In this document: positions 21,853 through 30,735 of the stretch, piece by piece | How positions within the stretch are numbered: the stretch's first letter is position 1 | How the letters are laid out: every line of letters begins with the position of its first letter | Assembly (NCBI GenBank): GCA_963750935.1 | Contig: CAVVSR010000017.1 | Span: 500-64,499, forward strand | DNA length: 64,000 nucleotides | DNA from: an uncultured Acidobacteriota bacterium | GTDB taxonomy: Bacteria > Acidobacteriota > Vicinamibacteria > Vicinamibacterales > 2-12-FULL-66-21 | Direction of reading: 5' to 3' | Made by a program: the position numbers and the translations under genes | The notes under the pieces: generated by a model | The model's input: only the letters and a program-made list of their open reading frames with translations | Database searches by the model: none | What the model was told of the DNA's origin: nothing

Positions 21853-23160
21853 GCGCGTCCGGCAGCCCGGATCAGCATTCCCCGGCCGGGACCCCGGCGT
21901 TCGCGGGTCTCAAGGTCGCCCTGGTCCACGACTGGTTGACGGGCATGCGGGGCGGGGAAAAGGTCCTGGACGCCGTCTGCGAGCTGTTCCCGGACGCGCC
22001 CCTGTATACCCTGGTCCACGTGCCGGGCTCGGTGTCGCCGCGGATCGAAGGGCGGCGGATCGTGACGTCGTTCGCGCAGGCCCTGCCCAACCCGCGCCGC
22101 TTCTACCGCCATTACCTGCCGCTCTATCCGCTGGCCGTCGAGCTCTTCAACCTGAAGGGGTACGACCTCGTCATCAGCAGCAGCCACTGCGCGGTCAAAT
22201 CGGTCAAGGCCCGGGCCGGGGCGGTGCACGTCTGCTACTGCCATTCGCCGATGCGGTATGCGTGGGACCAGTTCGACGCCTATTTCGGTCCCGATCAGGT
22301 CGGATGGCTGGGAAACCGGATCCTCGCGCCGGTCATGGGAGGGTTGGCCCGCTGGGACGCCGCGACCGCCAGCCGCGTCGACCGCTTTCTTGCGAACTCT
22401 CAATATGTTGCGGGCAGGATCCGCCGATACTATAATCGCGGGTCGACCATTGTGAATCCTCCAGTAGACACGGACTACTACAGCCCTGACGGCCGTCCTC
22501 GCTCACCCAGTTTCCTGATCGTGTCTGCGCTGGTCCCTTACAAGCGGCTGGATGTCGCCATCGAGGCCTGCCGGAGCGTTGGCGCCCACCTGCGGATCGT
22601 CGGAACCGGTCCCGAGGAGGCCCGGCTCAAGGCGCTCGCCGGGCCAACGGTTGAGTTTCTGGGCTGGCAGCCCGACGAGCGGATCCGGGACCTCTATCGC
22701 GAGTCCCAGGCCACCCTGCTGCCCGGCGTCGAGGATTTCGGCATCGTCCCGGTCGAATCGCAGGCCTGCGGATGCCCGGTGGTCGCCCTCAACGAAGGCG
22801 GCGCCCGGGAGACGGTCGTGCCGGGAGCCACCGGCCTTCTCGTCGACGAAGCCACCCCTGACGCCTTCGCGAAGAGCCTGACGCGCCTGATGGCCAGCTC
22901 GTTCGATCCCGCGGCCATCCGCGCCAACGCCCTGCGCTTCTCCCGCGCCCAGTTCATGGCCAGATTCACGGCCGCGGTCCAGGAGGCGTTGGGTGCACAG
23001 GCCGATCCCGAGGGTGCCGCAAGTGGACCACGAGCGGCAGAGAAGGCCGATCCCGAGGATGCCGCAAGTGGACCACGGCCGGCGCAGACAGACCGATCCC
23101 GAGGATGCCGCAAGTCGACCCCCAGCGGTACAAGAGGCCGATCGCGAGAACAGACAATGA
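21849..23160 (+). CDS. family 4 glycosyltransferase with a C-terminal 15-aa tandem-repeat tail (reads through into the next gene as sequenced)
   Basis: GTGA overlap with the upstream gene. KVALVHDWLTGMRGGEKVL...GVEDFGIVPVESQACGCPVV. As sequenced the ORF continues to 24602 (917 aa). One-base correction in 23078-23092 gives a stop at 23158-23160 overlapping the ATG at 23157. Confidence 0.7.
23000..23148 (+). repeat. tandem direct repeat, 3 full copies plus 1 partial, period 45/46/45 bp
   Basis: The 33-nt core GGCCGATCCCGAGG[G/A]TGCCGCAAGTGGACCACG occurs at 23000 and 23045. A diverged copy lies at 23091 (GACCGATCCCGAGGATGCCGCAAGTCGACCCCC) and a partial copy at 23136 (GGCCGATCGCGAG). Copies are separated by 12-13 variable nt. 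Confidence 0.85.
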
Positions 23161-24602
23161 TGCGACGGTATAACCGCCTGCTTGTCCTGTTCTATCTGCT
23201 GTCCGACTCCGCGCTCGGCATGGCCGCCTTCGCGCTCGCCTACTTCCTGCGCTTCGAAGGCCCGGTCGCCGACCTCATTCCGCCGGTCAAGGGCGTCCCC
23301 GAGTTCAAGTACTACGCGCTGATCCTGCCGTTCATCGCCGTGCTGGTGCCCGTCGCGTTTCACGTTCAGGGGCTCTACCGGCTGCGCCGCGGCCGGACCC
23401 GCCTGGACGACTTCTTCGCGGTCTTCGTCGGCAGCATTCTCGCCGTCGTCGTCGGCGTGTTCGCGACGTTGTATGTCGGCGCCTACTTCCTGCCCGAGCA
23501 CCTGAAGGACGCCGGCGTCCACGAAGTCTCGCAGGTCGGATGGGCGTTGTTCCTCGTCGTCAACGTGGTGTTCGCGTATACGTCGCGCGAGCTGGTGCGG
23601 GAGTTCCTCGAGCGCCGCTGGAAGGCCGGCATCGGGCTCAAGCGCGTGCTGATTGCCGGCGCCGGCGATCTCGGCCGGATGGTTGCGGACAAGGTGCTCG
23701 AGCATCGCGAGCTCGGCTTCAAGGTCCTCGGCTTCATCGACGATCGAGCCACCGGCGATCAGATCGGCTATCGCGGGCTTCCCCTGCTCGGCTCGCTGTC
23801 GGACGCCGACGAGATCATCAAGCGCGAGCGCATCGACCATCTCTACGTGGCGCTGCCGCTGGAAGAGCACGTCAAGATGCTGAGCCTGGTCGAAGTGACC
23901 AACCGCGAGGGCGTGGACCTGCACGTCGTGCCCGACCTGCTGCAGTTCATCGCCCTGCGCGCCCGCCTCGAGAACCTCGACGGCGTCCCGATCATCAGCC
24001 TCAACGACGTGCCGCTGCGCGGCTTCAACAGCATCCTCAAGCGGCTGATCGACGTCGCCATCTCGGGCACCGTCCTGCTGGGGATCTCGCCGCTGTTCGC
24101 GTTGATCGCGGGATTGATCAGGTGGACGTCGCGCGGCCCGGTGTACTACCGCCAGGAGCGCATGGGCCTCGACGGCAAGGCCTTTCAGGTGCTGAAGTTC
24201 CGTTCGATGTACCAGGGGGCCGAGGACGAGACCGGGCCGATCTGGGCGCGCGACAACGATCCGCGCTGCACGCCGGTCGGCCGCTGGCTCCGCCTCTCCG
24301 ACCTCGACGAGCTGCCGCAGCTCTGGAACGTGCTGCGCGGCGACATGTCGATCGTCGGGCCGCGGCCGGAGCGTCCGTACTTCGTGGAGCAGTTCAAGCA
24401 CCGCATCCCCCAGTACATGCTGCGCCACAAGGTCAAGGCCGGCATCACCGGGTGGGCGCAGGTGAACGGCTGGCGCGGCAACACCTCGCTCGAGAAGCGC
24501 ATCGAGTACGACCTGTATTACATCGAGAACTGGTCCGTGGCCCTCGATCTCAAGATCATGTGGCTGACGCTGGTCCGCGGACTCCAGAAGCACGCGTACT
24601 GA
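23157..24602 (+). CDS. polyprenyl glycosylphosphotransferase (WbaP/exopolysaccharide priming sugar transferase family)
   Basis: MMRRYNRLLVLFYLLSD is followed by 4-5 TM helices, a Rossmann-like VLIAGAGDLG and the bacterial sugar-transferase domain (SRGPVYYRQERMGLDGKAFQVLKFRSM, DELPQLWNVLRGDMSIVGPRPERP). Confidence 0.85.
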   Translation: MMRRYNRLLVLFYLLSDSALGMAAFALAYFLRFEGPVADLIPPVKGVPEFKYYALILPFIAVLVPVAFHVQGLYRLRRGRTRLDDFFAVFVGSILAVVVGVFATLYVGAYFLPEHLKDAGVHEVSQVGWALFLVVNVVFAYTSRELVREFLERRWKAGIGLKRVLIAGAGDLGRMVADKVLEHRELGFKVLGFIDDRATGDQIGYRGLPLLGSLSDADEIIKRERIDHLYVALPLEEHVKMLSLVEVTNREGVDLHVVPDLLQFIALRARLENLDGVPIISLNDVPLRGFNSILKRLIDVAISGTVLLGISPLFALIAGLIRWTSRGPVYYRQERMGLDGKAFQVLKFRSMYQGAEDETGPIWARDNDPRCTPVGRWLRLSDLDELPQLWNVLRGDMSIVGPRPERPYFVEQFKHRIPQYMLRHKVKAGITGWAQVNGWRGNTSLEKRIEYDLYYIENWSVALDLKIMWLTLVRGLQKHAY

Positions 24603-24647
24603 GGCGACCGCGTCCCGCCGCCTTTCGTCCTTCGACCTTTAAACACC

Positions 24648-25586
24648 ATGGCCCGAATCGTCATCACCGGCGCCGCCGGCTTCATCGGATCGCACCTGTC
24701 GGAAACCCTCCTCGATCGAGGCCATTCCGTCGTCGGCATCGACAACCTGCTGACCGGATCGACGGCGAACATCGCCCACCTGGCGAACCGCGACTTCGTG
24801 TTCATCAAGCACGACGTCACCAACTACATCTACGTCGAGGGCAAGGTCGACGCGGTGCTCCACTGGGCGAGTCCCGCCAGCCCGATCGACTACCTCGAGC
24901 TGCCGATCCCGACGCTCAAGGTCGGCGCGCTGGGGACGCACAAGGCGCTCGGCCTGGCGAAGGAGAAGAAGGCCCGCTTCGTGCTGGCCTCGACGTCGGA
25001 GGTCTACGGCGACCCGCTCGAGCACCCGCAGAAGGAGACCTACTGGGGGAACGTCAACCCGATCGGCCCGCGCGGCGTCTACGACGAAGCCAAGCGGTTC
25101 GCCGAAGCGATGACGACGGCGTATCACCGCTTCCACGGCGTCGACGCGAAGATCGTCCGCATCTTCAATACCTACGGCCCGCGGATGCGGCTGAAGGATG
25201 GACGCGCCGTGCCTGCCTTCATGAGCCAGGCGCTTCGCGGCGAGGACGTCACCATCTTCGGGACCGGGAAGCAGACGCGCAGCTTCTGCTACGTCACCGA
25301 TCTCGTGGACGGCATCATCCGGCTGATGGAGTCGTCGATCAACGATCCCGTGAACATCGGCAACCCGCACGAGATGACGATCGAGGACATCGCCAAGGCG
25401 ATCATCCGGCTGACCGGATCGAACAGCAAGATCGTCTACCGCCCGCTGCCGGAGGACGATCCGAAGGTTCGGCAACCCGACATCACGCGGGCCCGCACGC
25501 TGCTCGGGTGGGAGCCGAAGGTCGGCCTCGAGGAAGGGCTGACGAAGACGCTCGACTACTTCAAGACGCAGGTGGCCGGCGTTTGA
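24648..25586 (+). CDS. UDP-glucuronate decarboxylase (UDP-xylose synthase)
   Basis: [26 protein letters not shown] (YxxxK) and [16 protein letters not shown]. This is the typical UXS subfamily of short-chain dehydrogenases. Confidence 0.9.
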   Translation: MARIVITGAAGFIGSHLSETLLDRGHSVVGIDNLLTGSTANIAHLANRDFVFIKHDVTNYIYVEGKVDAVLHWASPASPIDYLELPIPTLKVGALGTHKALGLAKEKKARFVLASTSEVYGDPLEHPQKETYWGNVNPIGPRGVYDEAKRFAEAMTTAYHRFHGVDAKIVRIFNTYGPRMRLKDGRAVPAFMSQALRGEDVTIFGTGKQTRSFCYVTDLVDGIIRLMESSINDPVNIGNPHEMTIEDIAKAIIRLTGSNSKIVYRPLPEDDPKVRQPDITRARTLLGWEPKVGLEEGLTKTLDYFKTQVAGV

Positions 25587-25592
25587 CGCCGG

Positions 25593-26162
25593 CTACGGCC
25601 GCGAGTGCTTCGCTGCCGGGCGGAGGCCCAGGCCGAAGACCTGAATCAGATAGTGGAACGCCGACACCAGCGTGATCACCAGTGACGCCCACACGAACGC
25701 CGACACGATCGGCGTCCGGGTTTCCAGGTAGTTGAAGTAGAGCGTCACCACCCCGGTGACGATGTAGGTCGCGGTCGCGATCTTGCCGAAGATCGACGGC
25801 CGGAACGTGCGCGGGCCCACCGCCAGGTTGATCACCGCGACGGTCAGCACGATCGCGACGTCACGGCTGATGACCAGCACCGTGAACCACACCGGCAACT
25901 GGTTGGCGCCAATCCCCGGCAGGGTCAGGACGATGAACATCGTCACGAGGAGGAGCTTGTCGGCCATGGGATCGAGCCAGGCCCCGAGCGTGGTCTTCTG
26001 GCCGGTGGCGCGTGCGATCAGGCCGTCGAGCAGGTCGGTGAGGCCGGCGATCAGGAATGTGGTCAGCGCCCAGCCGCGATGACCATAGAGCAGCTGAATG
26101 ACGAACGCCGGAATCAGCAACATCCGGAGGATGGTGAGCTGGTTCGCCGCCGTCAGGTTCAT
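25593..26162 (-). CDS. pgsA: CDP-alcohol phosphatidyltransferase (phosphatidylglycerophosphate synthase-like)
   Basis: DGLIARATGQKTTLGAWLDPMADK matches the D-G-x2-A-R-x8-G-x3-D-x3-D motif. It has 4-5 TM helices and an ATGA overlap with the upstream gene. Confidence 0.85.
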   Translation of the reverse strand: MNLTAANQLTILRMLLIPAFVIQLLYGHRGWALTTFLIAGLTDLLDGLIARATGQKTTLGAWLDPMADKLLLVTMFIVLTLPGIGANQLPVWFTVLVISRDVAIVLTVAVINLAVGPRTFRPSIFGKIATATYIVTGVVTLYFNYLETRTPIVSAFVWASLVITLVSAFHYLIQVFGLGLRPAAKHSRP

Positions 26163-27521
26163 GGAGCCTTCCGGCCTCCGAGTTCCTGCAGGCGGGTCAC
26201 CGCCGCGATCGCTTCCGCGCCGCTGACGGGTTGCGTCAGATCGAACCCGCCATCCTCGCGGGTCGTCATCACCCCGGCCTCGACCACCAGCGAGACTGCG
26301 GGGTAGCTGAAGTGCCGCGGCCCGACGTCGGGAAACTTCCGGCGTTCGCTGCTGCGCCAGGCGGCGGCGAGCTGGGGATTGGCGGCCGCGATGATCTCGA
26401 GCACGTTGCTGGCGGCCTGCGCGAGGTCGCCGCGCCGCACGATCGCGTCCGGCTGGAAGGTGTGATTCGGATAGACCTCCATCACCCCGGCGCGCGCGGC
26501 GGCCAGGATGTGCGGCGACGCCCAGCTGCCGCGCGTGTCGGTGATGACCACCGCGTTGACGCGGCGTGCCTTCAGCAGCAGTGAGTCGAGCCGGACCGCG
26601 AGCACGGCCGCCAGCTGCGCGCGGGTGACGGTCGGCGATTCCTGGATGCTGCGATATTCGGCCGGCATCGCCTCGAACGCCGCGCGCGATCGCAGCTTCG
26701 CGATCCGCTCGGTCAGCGTCTCGTCTGGCTGGAGGGTCGCGGCGGTGGCGAATTCGTCCGCCGCCCTGGCCACATCGCCTTGTGCTTCGTACAGCTCACC
26801 CAGCAACAGATGCCCGCGGACCTCGTCCGGCTCGAGCTCGACAGCCTTGCGGGCGGGCTCCAGCGCGGCCTTCGATGTTACCGGCGCGCCGCTCGACGTC
26901 CGCCAGCTCGCGCAGGAGGAACGCGCTCGCGGGCGACGTGTTCACCAGCGTGACGTACGCGGTCCGGGCTTCCTCGAGACGTCCGGCGCTGGCGAGCTTG
27001 CGGGCATTGGCGATGTCGGCCTGCTGATTGCGGAATCGCAGGACCTCGAGCCGGCTGCGCAGGGCGCCGAGGGATGGATCGGCGGTGAGCGCGGCCTCGA
27101 TGCTCGCCACGGCTTCGTCGACTTCGCCGGCGGCGAGCAGCGCCTCGGCGCGGCCGGCCAGCGCCGGCGCGTAGCGCGGATTGCCGACCACGGCGCGATC
27201 GAAATGCAGCAGCGCGTCCTTGTTCTTCTTGCCGGCGAGCGCCACGTAGCCCAGCCCGACTTCAGCGGGATAGAAGGTCGGCGACTGCTTCAGCGCGGAG
27301 TTGAAGTTGCGCTCGGCGGCGCGAAGATCCCCCGCCTGGAGCCACTGCCAGGCAATCTGGTGCCGCTCCAGCGCGGCCGGCGTCCCAATCCCCGCCGGCG
27401 CCACCGGCTGGACGAATTCCGGAAAGCGGGGCGCGGTCACTGCCGGCGGCAGCGGCGCCATCTTCGGAGCGCACGCCGCGAACGTGATGCCGATGGTCAG
27501 GACGACGAGCGCTCGCGTCAT
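26159..27521 (-). pseudogene. TPR-repeat lipoprotein with two C-terminal SLH-like domains, one frame break as sequenced
   Basis: MTRALVVLTIGITFAAC is a lipobox signal. TPR-like repeats follow in ORF 26796..27830. The protein joins ORF 26159..26806 at ...RRAGNIE|AALEPARKAVELEPDEVRGHLLLGELYEAQGD, at CC 26869-26870. SLH-like segments: SWASPHILAAARAGVMEVYPNHTFQPDAIVRRGDLA and FPDVGPRHFSYPAVSLVVEAGVMT. Confidence 0.7.
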
Positions 27522-28840
27522 GCGTGATCCCTGACGTCCTGGAATCGCGGCAGCAGCCGCCTCGGGATCTCCGCCTCGATCGCGATCGACCCGTCCGTGG
27601 TGACGTGGCGCAGGATCCGTCCCAGCCGGTAGAGCTCGGCGACACGCTCGCGCGTGTCGTGTTCCGCCGACGAGAACGCGACGCTCACCAGCGCCGTGTC
27701 GAGAGCGAGCCGCGTCTCCATCACCGCGATCAGGTCGTCGCGGCCTTCGCCGGTGAGGGCCGAGACACACAACGCCCCTGGATAGAGACCCCGGATACGC
27801 TGGCGCTCGGCGTCTTCCACCTGATCGCACTTGTTGAAGACCTCGACCGACGGCACCTTGTCGGCGCCGACTTCGGTGAGCACCGCGCGCACCGCGCTCA
27901 TGTGTCGTTCGCGATCGGGCGAGGACGCGTCGATGACGTGCAGCAGGAGGTCGGCGCCAGCCACTTCCTCGAGCGTCGCGCGAAACGCCGCGACGAGCGA
28001 GTGCGGCAGCCGATCGATGAAGCCGACCGTGTCTGAGACGAGCAGCTCGCGTCGGTCCCGCAGCTTGACCTTCCGCACGAGCGGATCCAGCGTGACGAAG
28101 AGCGCATTCGACGCGACCGCATCGTCGCCGGTCAGCTGATTGAAGAGCGTGGTCTTCCCGGCGTTGGTGTAGCCGACGAGCGCGACGGTCGGCACCGCCG
28201 CCTTGTGCCGGCGTTCGCGGAGCTGGCTGCGGCGCTGCCGGACGACGTCGATGTCGCGGCCGAGCATGCTGATGCGATGGCGGATCCGCCGGCGATCGGT
28301 TTCGAGCTTCGTTTCACCGGGGCCGCGCGTGCCGATCCCGCCTCCGAGCCGCGACAGCGCCGTGTTGGCGCCAACCAGCCTCGGCAGCAGGTACTTCAGC
28401 TGCGCCAGCTCCACCTGGAGCTTGCCTTCCCTGGTGCGCGCCCGGCTCGCGAAGATGTCGAGGATGAGCTGAGTCCGGTCGAGGACCTTACGCTCGAGCG
28501 CCGCTTCGAGGTTGCGGAGCTGCGCCGGCGACAGCTCATTGTCGAACAGGACGGTATCGACACGTGTCTCATCGCACGCCGCACGGAGCGTCTGCACCTT
28601 GCCGCTGCCGAGAAACGTCGCCGGATCCGGTTTGGGACGCTCTTGCAGCACACGTAGCACTACGGTTGCGCCCGCGGCGTCGGCCAGGCCTGCGAGCTCG
28701 TCGAGCGAATGTTCGGGATCGAAGTGACGGGAGGATCGGCTGAACAGCCCGACGAGCGCCGCACGCTCCCGAGGTTCGGGCGCACCCGATCGGGATAACG
28801 AGGACGGTCTCACTGCAGCGATTCTAGCACGCGGTCCCAC
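27518..28840 (-). CDS. hflX: GTPase HflX
   Basis: HflX N-domain, then G1 GYTNAGKTTLFN, G3 DTVGF and G4 NKCD. An alternative GTG start at 28813 would give a GTGA overlap with the tsaC stop. Confidence 0.95.
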   Translation of the reverse strand: MGPRARIAAVRPSSLSRSGAPEPRERAALVGLFSRSSRHFDPEHSLDELAGLADAAGATVVLRVLQERPKPDPATFLGSGKVQTLRAACDETRVDTVLFDNELSPAQLRNLEAALERKVLDRTQLILDIFASRARTREGKLQVELAQLKYLLPRLVGANTALSRLGGGIGTRGPGETKLETDRRRIRHRISMLGRDIDVVRQRRSQLRERRHKAAVPTVALVGYTNAGKTTLFNQLTGDDAVASNALFVTLDPLVRKVKLRDRRELLVSDTVGFIDRLPHSLVAAFRATLEEVAGADLLLHVIDASSPDRERHMSAVRAVLTEVGADKVPSVEVFNKCDQVEDAERQRIRGLYPGALCVSALTGEGRDDLIAVMETRLALDTALVSVAFSSAEHDTRERVAELYRLGRILRHVTTDGSIAIEAEIPRRLLPRFQDVRDHA

Positions 28841-29451
28841 GCGACCGCCCCGGCCCGGTGCAGCACCGGGACACCGTTCACGATCTCGACGACTGTTGAC
28901 GGCGGGCCTCCTGGCGAGGGGCCGCCGTCGATGAGGAGATCGACCGCTCCGATCAACGCCGCCGCGACTTCACCGGCTGTGACGGCTGCCGGTCGGCCCG
29001 ACCGGTTGGCGCTCGTCGCGGTCACGCAGCCGCCGAACACGCGGGCCAGTCCGCGCGCAACCGGATGCGACGGCACGCGGACACCGATCGATCCATGCGC
29101 CGAGCACAGCGTTCGCGAGACCGCTGCCGACGCCGCCACGACAATCGTCAGCGGCCCCGGCCAGAACTCCGCCATCAGCGTGCGCTCCGGCTCCCCGAAT
29201 GTCCCGACCTGCTCCGCCTGGGCGATGTCCGCCGCCACCAGCGCCACCGCCAGCGCCGGGTCGCGCCCCTTGGCCTCGAACAGCCGCGCCGCCGCCTCGT
29301 CGCTCCCCGCGTCGACCGCCAGGCCGTAAGCGGTCTCGGTGGGATACGCCACGACGCCGCCGGCCCGCAGGACGTCCGCGGCAAGCCGCAGGATCTCCTC
29401 GTCAGGATCCTGAGGGTCGACGCTCAGCTGCCGCAGCTCCCCCATCGCCAT
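28810..29451 (-). CDS. tsaC: L-threonylcarbamoyladenylate synthase (TsaC/YrdC/Sua5 family)
   Basis: 213 aa from the internal ATG at 29451. VAYPTETAYGLAVDA, KGRDPALAVALV and SANRSGRPA. ATGA overlap with the MFS stop. Confidence 0.85.
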   Translation of the reverse strand: MAMGELRQLSVDPQDPDEEILRLAADVLRAGGVVAYPTETAYGLAVDAGSDEAAARLFEAKGRDPALAVALVAADIAQAEQVGTFGEPERTLMAEFWPGPLTIVVAASAAVSRTLCSAHGSIGVRVPSHPVARGLARVFGGCVTATSANRSGRPAAVTAGEVAAALIGAVDLLIDGGPSPGGPPSTVVEIVNGVPVLHRAGAVAWDRVLESLQ

Positions 29452-30668
29452 CACCCTTCCTCGACGGCAGGCGTCGTCGGACGTTCGAGCGGTGCGATCA
29501 CCATCAATCTCGAGACCACCACGACCAGCGACAACAATCCGAACAGGTCGAGGAGGAACACCGCGCGAATGCTGGTCGCGGCCAGCAGGCCGTTGATGAT
29601 CGGGCTCAAGGCGAGGGCCGTCAGCGACGCCGTCGTCAGCAGGCCGAACCCGGCGCCGCGGGCGCTGGCGGGCATGACGCTGCTGGCCGCCGTGTAGGCG
29701 GTCGTGGTCGCGGTGCCCATCGCCAGGCCAAACAGCGGAGTGGCCGCGAACAGCCATCTCGTGTGTGGCGCGATGCTGTAGACCAGTGCCGCGACGGCGC
29801 CCGTCGCCGCGCTGATGGCGATCACCCGCCGCGCCGGCATGCGTTTGAGGAGCCAGCCGCACAGCTGATTTCCCAGCGCCCCGCACGCGGCCGAGATCGA
29901 GAACAGGATTCCGGCGACGAGCGGTACGCGATCGACCGGAGTGCCGAGCTGCGCCACGTAGAGCGGCAGGATCGGTCCGAAGCTGCGATCGATGAACTGC
30001 AGGCTGAAGACCACGGCCATCAGCACGACGAAGTTCTCGAACGCCAGCACGCTCTTGAAGCTGACGCGCGCCGGCTTGCCTTGCTGATCGACATGATGCA
30101 CGAGCCGCTCGTCATAGGTGACGAAGACCAGCACCAGCGCCACCACGTAGAAGACCGAGGTCACGAGAAATGCGTTGCGGAGTCCGACGACCTGGGCGAC
30201 GAGGCCGCCGATGATCGGACCGAGTGCCGGCCCGAGCCGCTGCGCCGACTGGACGACGCCAATCGCGTACGCGGTCTTGTCGCGCGGCGCCGATTCCGCC
30301 GCCATCGTGAGCGCGAGCGCGCCGTAGCCCGCGAACAACCCCTGGACCGCGCGGAGGGCGAAGACGTGCCAGGCCTCGGTCACGTAGGCCATGCCGCCCA
30401 TCAGGAAGATGAAGCTGACGAGCGATCGCTCGACCATGATCTTGCGGCCGAAGCGATCCGAGAGCCGTCCCCAGAACGGCGCCAGCACGGCGGTCATCGC
30501 CGGCGTCACGCCCAGGCTCAGCCCCGACCACAGCGCGACCTCGCCGACGTCGCTCACCCCCAGCTGCTGCAGATAGATCGGCAGGAACGGCATCACCAGG
30601 GTGAAGCCGGTGAACCCGACGAAGCTCGCGGTTGCGACCGCGAAGACATTGCGTTGCCACGAAGCCAC
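29451..30668 (-). CDS. MFS transporter
   Basis: 405 aa with about 12 TM helices. MFS motif A WGRLSDRFGRK lies between TM2 and TM3. Confidence 0.85.
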   Translation of the reverse strand: MASWQRNVFAVATASFVGFTGFTLVMPFLPIYLQQLGVSDVGEVALWSGLSLGVTPAMTAVLAPFWGRLSDRFGRKIMVERSLVSFIFLMGGMAYVTEAWHVFALRAVQGLFAGYGALALTMAAESAPRDKTAYAIGVVQSAQRLGPALGPIIGGLVAQVVGLRNAFLVTSVFYVVALVLVFVTYDERLVHHVDQQGKPARVSFKSVLAFENFVVLMAVVFSLQFIDRSFGPILPLYVAQLGTPVDRVPLVAGILFSISAACGALGNQLCGWLLKRMPARRVIAISAATGAVAALVYSIAPHTRWLFAATPLFGLAMGTATTTAYTAASSVMPASARGAGFGLLTTASLTALALSPIINGLLAATSIRAVFLLDLFGLLSLVVVVSRLMVIAPLERPTTPAVEEG

Positions 30669-30735
30669 GGCCGTCTAGGAGCTGGGTGCGATGGAGGCGC
30701 GAGGGAGTCCGGTGATCAGAACCGCACCCATGCGG

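Noticed and set aside
23000-23148. Possible miniature CRISPR array or regulatory binding-site array.
   Set aside because: The spacers are only 12-13 nt, there are only about 3.3 copies, and no cas genes or leader are present. The copies translate into a coherent 15-aa repeat in the glycosyltransferase frame.
21849-24602. A genuine 917-aa bifunctional glycosyltransferase / priming phosphotransferase.
   Set aside because: The junction is a 45-bp repeat in which one period is 46 bp. A one-base correction yields two genes with the ATGA overlap used elsewhere in the locus. Given the window-wide insertion errors, the fusion is more likely artefactual. It is not fully excluded.
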